Below, in pieces: positions 6,111 through 10,576 of a DNA stretch of 10,576 nt (positions within the stretch are counted from its first letter, which is position 1; each line of letters begins with the position of its first letter). Origin of the DNA: Promethearchaeota archaeon (lineage in GTDB: Archaea; Asgardarchaeota; Lokiarchaeia; Sigyniarchaeales; SOKP01); assembly GCA_048941285.1 (NCBI GenBank), contig JBHLNS010000076.1, positions 1-10,576 of the forward strand, in the 5' to 3' direction. Position numbers and translations under genes: made by a program. The notes beneath the pieces were generated by a model. That model saw only the letters and a program-made list of their open reading frames with translations, made no database searches and had not been told where the DNA came from.

Positions 6111-6548
6111 TTAACCAGCAATACTAGCTGGAATTAAAAGTATGTCATCTCCATCAGAAACATTGTAGTAGCTTAATGTATTAGTTTCTTCCATGGTTAC
6201 ACCACCAGATGATAAATAGAAGTCAGCAGGATCTAAACCAAATAAATTAGCAACAGTTTCTTTTATATCTCCGACTAAATTCCCATTATTAACAGTTAGC
6301 TTTTGCTTTTTTTCACCTGGGCCAATAGTGGACATAAAAAATACCGAAATCTTCTTCCCACTAGTAACAAGAGGTGTAGAAGGAGTTTTAGATTCAACTT
6401 CATGCTCGGGAACCTTTACTGAAGGCTCTTCTTTCTTATCCTCATATTTCTCTTCAAATTCTTCATCTAAATCTTCTAAATCTTCATCAAATTCTTGTTC
6501 GTCAAACTCTTCATCAAACTCATCATTAAACTCTTCATCAAAACCCAT
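6111..6548 (-). CDS. Ubiquitin-like modifier paralog Ubl-2 with a long acidic N-terminal tail, ending -PASIAG
   Basis: The core is 59/82 identical to Ubl-1 by hand alignment. SD-like GAGGT lies upstream of the ATG. Confidence 0.92.
   Translation of the reverse strand: MGFDEEFNDEFDEEFDEQEFDEDLEDLDEEFEEKYEDKKEEPSVKVPEHEVESKTPSTPLVTSGKKISVFFMSTIGPGEKKQKLTVNNGNLVGDIKETVANLFGLDPADFYLSSGGVTMEETNTLSYYNVSDGDDILLIPASIAG
6450..6542 (-). repeat. Degenerate, mostly 12-bp coding tandem repeat (TTTGATGAAGAR) encoding FDEE units
   Basis: Encodes FDEE-FNDE-FDEE-FDEQE-FDED-LED-LDEE-FEE; aaactcttcatc-like units recur on the + strand. Confidence 0.75.
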
Positions 6549-6753
6549 AAAATAGACCTCAATACATTACATATTTTTTTAAATATAATTCTGATAAATC
6601 TTCTGTTATGATTATATGAAAATAATAGAAACTAAGCTATTTAAATAGATTTAACAAAATCACAATTTTGAAATTTCAATTTTGTCATACAAACACTTTA
6701 GAGTCAATATTCATATGAATTTATTAATAGAATAACTAAAGATTTGAAGCATT
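6549..6753. promoter_or_regulatory. Divergent promoter region between Ubl-2 and the coiled-coil gene, with a 12-bp palindrome
   Basis: Perfect palindrome CTATTTAAATAG at 6637-6648 gives the TATA-like TTTAAATA on both strands, roughly midway between the two starts. Confidence 0.45.
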
Positions 6754-7911
6754 ATGAATGATAAACCAATTCCCAAATATCAAATTCGAGAAAAAACTCC
6801 AGATGAAGAATTAGATATCATTACAGATAAAAAATTATTAAAAAAGATAAAAAAAGAAAGAATAAAATTGGACAAAGAAAAAAGTGAATGGGAAAAGGTA
6901 ATTAATCAAATTCAAGACTACAAAGAAAATGTTGAGGATCTCGAAAAAAAACGAAAAGAAAAAGAACTTAAAATTAAATCTCTTCTTGAACAAAGAGATA
7001 AATTAAAAGATGAGTTAGAAAGAACGAAGAATCAAATAGAGCAACAAAAAAATGAAATAAATGTTAAAGAACGACAATTTAAAGAAAAGATCCAAACTAA
7101 AAATGAAGACTTAAATCAAAAAAATAAAGAATTAGAAAGATTTCAAGAAAAATTAGATAAATTGAGAGAAGATATTTCTAATCAAAAAAAGAATTTAGTT
7201 TGGGAAAAGGAAAGGACAGAAAAACGAATAAAAGAAATTAAAACAAAAATTCCTGGCATGGAGAGAAGAGAAAGTGCATTAGAAAGAACTATTAATGATT
7301 TAGAAAACAAATTAATGGACTTAAGAAATGAAGTTAAAAATTTAACTAGAGAAAGGGATAATCTAACTAAGGAAGTTAACAACTTAAAAAGAGAGATTAA
7401 TGATGAGAAAAATCGTTTTTCTGATGAAAAGCAAAAACTTAAAGAAGAACGAGAAAAAACTCGTTTTAAAAAACAAGATTTAGATTTAAGAACTCGTGAA
7501 CTTGATAAAAAAAAAGCAGATCTAAAAAAATATAGAGATAAAGTAGAAAATGATGTAAATGATTTAGAGAAAAAAAGACGCCAACAAGAAGCAAGATTGA
7601 AAGAATTAGAAAGAAAAGTACCTGCATTAGAAAATAGATATCACTCTTTAAATCACAAAATTCCGAATTTAGAAGAAAAATTCTCCAGATTAAATAATGA
7701 ATATAAACAATTAGAAAAAGAAAAAACGAAATTAGAAAGCGAAAAAAGTCTTATCAAACGTGAAAGAGAAAAACTTGAAAAAGATAAACAAAGATTTTCA
7801 CGAGAAAAAAGAGATTTTGAAACAGAATTAAAAAAAATCAAATCCAAAACTCCAACAATTAAAGCAAAGACTCCTTCGCATATCAAAACTAAAACACCCT
7901 CTAAATATTAA
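6754..7911 (+). CDS. Long coiled-coil protein with a C-terminal KTP-repeat tail
   Basis: About 335 aa of K/E/R/L-rich heptads with no Walker motifs or TM segment. Tail is IKSKTPT-IKAKTPSH-IKTKTPSKY. Confidence 0.85.
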   Translation: MNDKPIPKYQIREKTPDEELDIITDKKLLKKIKKERIKLDKEKSEWEKVINQIQDYKENVEDLEKKRKEKELKIKSLLEQRDKLKDELERTKNQIEQQKNEINVKERQFKEKIQTKNEDLNQKNKELERFQEKLDKLREDISNQKKNLVWEKERTEKRIKEIKTKIPGMERRESALERTINDLENKLMDLRNEVKNLTRERDNLTKEVNNLKREINDEKNRFSDEKQKLKEEREKTRFKKQDLDLRTRELDKKKADLKKYRDKVENDVNDLEKKRRQQEARLKELERKVPALENRYHSLNHKIPNLEEKFSRLNNEYKQLEKEKTKLESEKSLIKREREKLEKDKQRFSREKRDFETELKKIKSKTPTIKAKTPSHIKTKTPSKY

Positions 7912-7922
7912 TTAATATTAAT

Positions 7923-8972
7923 GTGAAATTGATGAGGATTGTTAATTCAATTGAAGGAGATTATATAGAAACAAAAAAAGATAATTTGATTTTTGATGTA
8001 AAAGGGCTTCTCCATCCAAAAGATTATATTATTTGTTTTCTAAGATTTTATCCTCATCCGGAGGGAGAACGAATAAAAAATGGTATAAAATTCAAAAAAA
8101 TCTACAAATTAAACGAACGATATGATCTTTTAAGAAAAAATTATCCAAAATATCTTCTGTTTTCTAAAGAATTAGATTTAGAAATACAAGGTGTTAAAAA
8201 CTATGATATAAAAAAAATTTATAAACCTAAGATCTTTTTTAACGACTTATTAGAAAAAAATCAATTATCTAGTGTTGAAGATTGTGCAAAAAAATTATGT
8301 GAATTATTTATTAATGAGGGAAATCTTTCTAAGAATTCAATTGGAATCACTGGATCACTTATGGCTGGATTAAATACTGATGATTCAGATATTGATTTAA
8401 TAATATATGGCACAGAAGCAAGTATGAAATTTCAAGAGAAATTGGTTAATATATTTGAAAAGCCAAATAATTGTCGCAAATATACTATGAATGAATATAG
8501 ATCCCATTATCAATGGAGAGTTGGCGGTTCTGATATTCTATTTGAAGATTTTCTTAAAACTGAACAAAGAAAGCAACATCAAGGGAAATTTATGAATCGT
8601 GATTTTTTTATTAGATATATTAAAAGTCCTAAAGATTGGAAAGGGAATTTCTATGACTATCAGTTTACAAATTATGGCAGGATAAGACTTAAAGCTACCA
8701 TATTAAATTCAAAAGATTCAATTTTCACTCCTTGTACTTATAAAATAAAATCGTTTAAAGTTCTCGAAAGAAGTATTAAATCAAAAAAAGTTAATTTACA
8801 AAACATAAATGAAATCTGCTCATTTAGAGGTCGTTTTTGTGAGCAAGCAAAAGATGGAGAAATAGTGTTAGTAGAAGGAAAACTAGAAAAAGTTAATTTT
8901 CAAAATACTGGAGAATATTTTAGAATATTATTAACTAATCAAATAAAAGATAAATTGCTCATTATAAATTGA
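7923..8972 (+). CDS. Predicted nucleotidyltransferase, Pol-beta superfamily (archaeal COG1665-like), with a probable C-terminal OB-like domain
   Basis: GITGSLMAGLNTDDSDIDLIIYG gives the GS-x-DxD motif. N-terminal EGD.IE....IFDVKG..HP.....FLRFYP and C-terminal SFRGRFCEQA..GE...VEGKLEKV are typical of this archaeal family. Start is GTG 7923 or ATG 7932. Confidence 0.85.
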   Translation: MKLMRIVNSIEGDYIETKKDNLIFDVKGLLHPKDYIICFLRFYPHPEGERIKNGIKFKKIYKLNERYDLLRKNYPKYLLFSKELDLEIQGVKNYDIKKIYKPKIFFNDLLEKNQLSSVEDCAKKLCELFINEGNLSKNSIGITGSLMAGLNTDDSDIDLIIYGTEASMKFQEKLVNIFEKPNNCRKYTMNEYRSHYQWRVGGSDILFEDFLKTEQRKQHQGKFMNRDFFIRYIKSPKDWKGNFYDYQFTNYGRIRLKATILNSKDSIFTPCTYKIKSFKVLERSIKSKKVNLQNINEICSFRGRFCEQAKDGEIVLVEGKLEKVNFQNTGEYFRILLTNQIKDKLLIIN

Positions 8973-9031
8973 ATTCAACTAATTCATATGTGATTAAAAT
9001 ATTTTTATTTTATTATGATTTTTAATAACTG

Positions 9032-10342
9032 ATGGATATTTTTAACGCTGATCTGCATATTCATAGTCCTCATTCTATTGCAGTATCGAAATCATTGAAC
9101 TTAGATACGATGTTGGAGACTTGTAAGAAGAAAGGTTTAAATATTCTTGGAACTGGTGATATCTTACAACCTGAATGGTTAAAATATATGGAGCATAATT
9201 TAGAAAAGCAAAGTGATGGCTCATATTCATATAAAGACATTTTTTTTATCCTTCAGACGGAATTGGAAGATATAGAAAGCATACATCATTTAGTTTTATT
9301 CCCTGATTTCAAATCAGTTAAAGAAACTCAGATTAAGTTAACACGACATTCTAAAAATATTTTGGATGGATGGGGGGGAAGACCTAGGGTGAACTTATCA
9401 CCTCCTGCCTTAGTCGACACAATTTCAGATTCTGGTGGCATAATTGGCCCTGCTCATGCTTTTACTCCCTTTAAAGCAATTTTTCGACAAGGTAAATTTC
9501 AATCTTTAGAGGATTGCTACAAAGGAGTTAGTAAGAAAATAAGTTTTATCGAATTAGGTCTTTCTGCCAATTCTGATCTAGCAGATCGGCTAGAGTCATT
9601 AAAAGATGTGTCATTTCTAAGCAATAGTGACGCTCATTCACAAGATCCACGTTCTTTGGGACGAGAATTTAACAGATTTGATATCGATAACCCTTCCTTT
9701 AATGAAATTTTGCTTGCTCTGCAGAGAAGAAATGGAAGAAAGATAACTCTTAATGTAGGATTGCACCCTAAGCTTGGTAAATATTACAATATGTTTTGTA
9801 ATAAATGTAGGAGAAGAATTTTATTTAAGAAAGTGAAGAAAAATAGGAATGCGATCTTTAACCAATATTCGATAACTGAGAATTTTGTAATATTTTATTC
9901 TAATGATCCATACACTTCAAGATTGGATTATTTAGACCAAGTTTCTAAAAATAAGATGAATTGTCCAGCGTGTAAAGAACAAAGTAACAAAAATTTTAAA
10001 GTTAAATTAGGAGTAAGTGAAAGGATTGAAAAAATTTCTACATTTAAAGAAATTAAACATCCAGATCATAGGCCTCCTTATATCAATGCCGTACCGTTAA
10101 TTGACATAATTCGAGCAGTAAAAGGTATTAAAAGTACATCCAGTAAAACGGTTTTAAATGAATATAATAGAATAATTCAGGAACTAGGGACTGAATTTGA
10201 GATACTGATTGATATTCCGATTACTAAGATTGAAGATTTTGATGATAATACAGCCCTGATTATAAATGCTATTAGAAACAATGAGGTTGAGTACACTCCC
10301 GGTGGAGGAGGTAAATATGGCCAAATAAGATTTGATATTTAA
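9032..10342 (+). CDS. endoQ: Endonuclease Q family protein (PHP domain plus Zn ribbon; TIGR00375/COG1379)
   Basis: Has ADLHIHS, GTGD, HHLVLFP, GRP, PAHAFTP, ELGLSA, NSDAHS, LGRE, LGKY, CNKC...CPAC, GVSERI, HRPPY and PGGGGKYG. Confidence 0.9.
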   Translation: MDIFNADLHIHSPHSIAVSKSLNLDTMLETCKKKGLNILGTGDILQPEWLKYMEHNLEKQSDGSYSYKDIFFILQTELEDIESIHHLVLFPDFKSVKETQIKLTRHSKNILDGWGGRPRVNLSPPALVDTISDSGGIIGPAHAFTPFKAIFRQGKFQSLEDCYKGVSKKISFIELGLSANSDLADRLESLKDVSFLSNSDAHSQDPRSLGREFNRFDIDNPSFNEILLALQRRNGRKITLNVGLHPKLGKYYNMFCNKCRRRILFKKVKKNRNAIFNQYSITENFVIFYSNDPYTSRLDYLDQVSKNKMNCPACKEQSNKNFKVKLGVSERIEKISTFKEIKHPDHRPPYINAVPLIDIIRAVKGIKSTSSKTVLNEYNRIIQELGTEFEILIDIPITKIEDFDDNTALIINAIRNNEVEYTPGGGGKYGQIRFDI

Positions 10343-10365
10343 GTCAAGCCAATTTTTTAATATAA

Positions 10366-10413
10366 ATTTAGAATATTAATATCTATAAGATCTTTAAATA
10401 TTAAATTCTAAAT
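10366..10413. other. Imperfect AT-rich inverted repeat between convergent genes; possible terminator
   Basis: ATTTAGAATATTAATATCTA (10366-10385) matches the reverse complement of 10395-10413 (ATTTAGAATTTAATATTTA) with one gap and one mismatch. The arms flank the palindrome AAGATCTT. Confidence 0.35.
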
Positions 10414-10576
10414 CTAGTTTTATAAGATCACCACACGTATTGCAGGTGATAAATTCGAATACTTTCACTGCAACCGTGAGTAATTCAAGATCTTTTCGAG
10501 GAAATTGATTTCTGAACTTCTTTTTGTATCCGCAATTTGAACAGCTGATTATAGCTCTTACTTGAATTAAATCACT
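10394..10576 (-). CDS. Partial small Zn-ribbon protein (5' end outside the window)
   Basis: Manual translation gives SDLIQVRAIISCSNCGYKKKFRNQFPRKDLELLTVAVKVFEFITCNTCGDLIKLDLEFNI*, with two CxxCG knuckles. Confidence 0.75.
   Translation of the reverse strand, partial: SDLIQVRAIISCSNCGYKKKFRNQFPRKDLELLTVAVKVFEFITCNTCGDLIKLDLEFNI

Noticed and set aside
6450-6542. CRISPR-like or mobile-element repeat
   Set aside because: Units are short, in-frame coding repeats without spacers, and no cas or transposase genes are in the window.
6328-6555. 75-aa Ser-rich plus-strand ORF
   Set aside because: Ser runs are the reverse complement of the Glu/Asp codons in the Ubl-2 tail.
7182-7886. Two minus-strand Leu/Phe/Ser-rich ORFs (7182-7382, 7653-7886)
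   Set aside because: Antisense shadows of the K/E-rich coiled-coil gene.
6754-7911. SMC/Rad50 annotation for the coiled-coil protein
   Set aside because: No Walker A/B, signature motif, hinge or Zn-hook CxxC.
1168-8972. CBASS or Bil-type antiphage system
   Set aside because: The NTase has COG1665-like rather than CD-NTase features and no effector is seen. E1, E2 and JAMM are eukaryote-like and accompanied by a RING. A defence role cannot be fully excluded.

Overview
AT-rich archaeal DNA, most likely from an Asgard archaeon (Lokiarchaeia-like). This is inferred from the eukaryote-type ubiquitin machinery, GGTGA Shine-Dalgarno motifs and archaeal flanking genes. The left 6.5 kb is a complete ubiquitin-like conjugation locus. 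A minus-strand operon runs Ubl, UBA3/UBA2-type E1, E2, Rpn11/CSN5-type JAMM protease, and a roughly 6-TM membrane protein with a C-terminal variant RING. The RING gene is missing from the supplied ORF track and runs off the left edge. Next to the operon are a winged-helix regulator, a membrane-anchored non-conjugatable paralog of the same Ubl, and a second free paralog with an expanded acidic tail. Both free Ubls end in a single Gly (-IPAS[T/I]AG), not Gly-Gly. A KTP motif is shared between the Ubl N-terminal tails and the C-terminal tail of the neighbouring long coiled-coil protein. The right part encodes that coiled-coil protein, a Pol-beta-family nucleotidyltransferase, an EndoQ-family PHP nuclease and a partial Zn-ribbon protein. 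All family comparisons were made by eye from remembered sequences; no searches were run.
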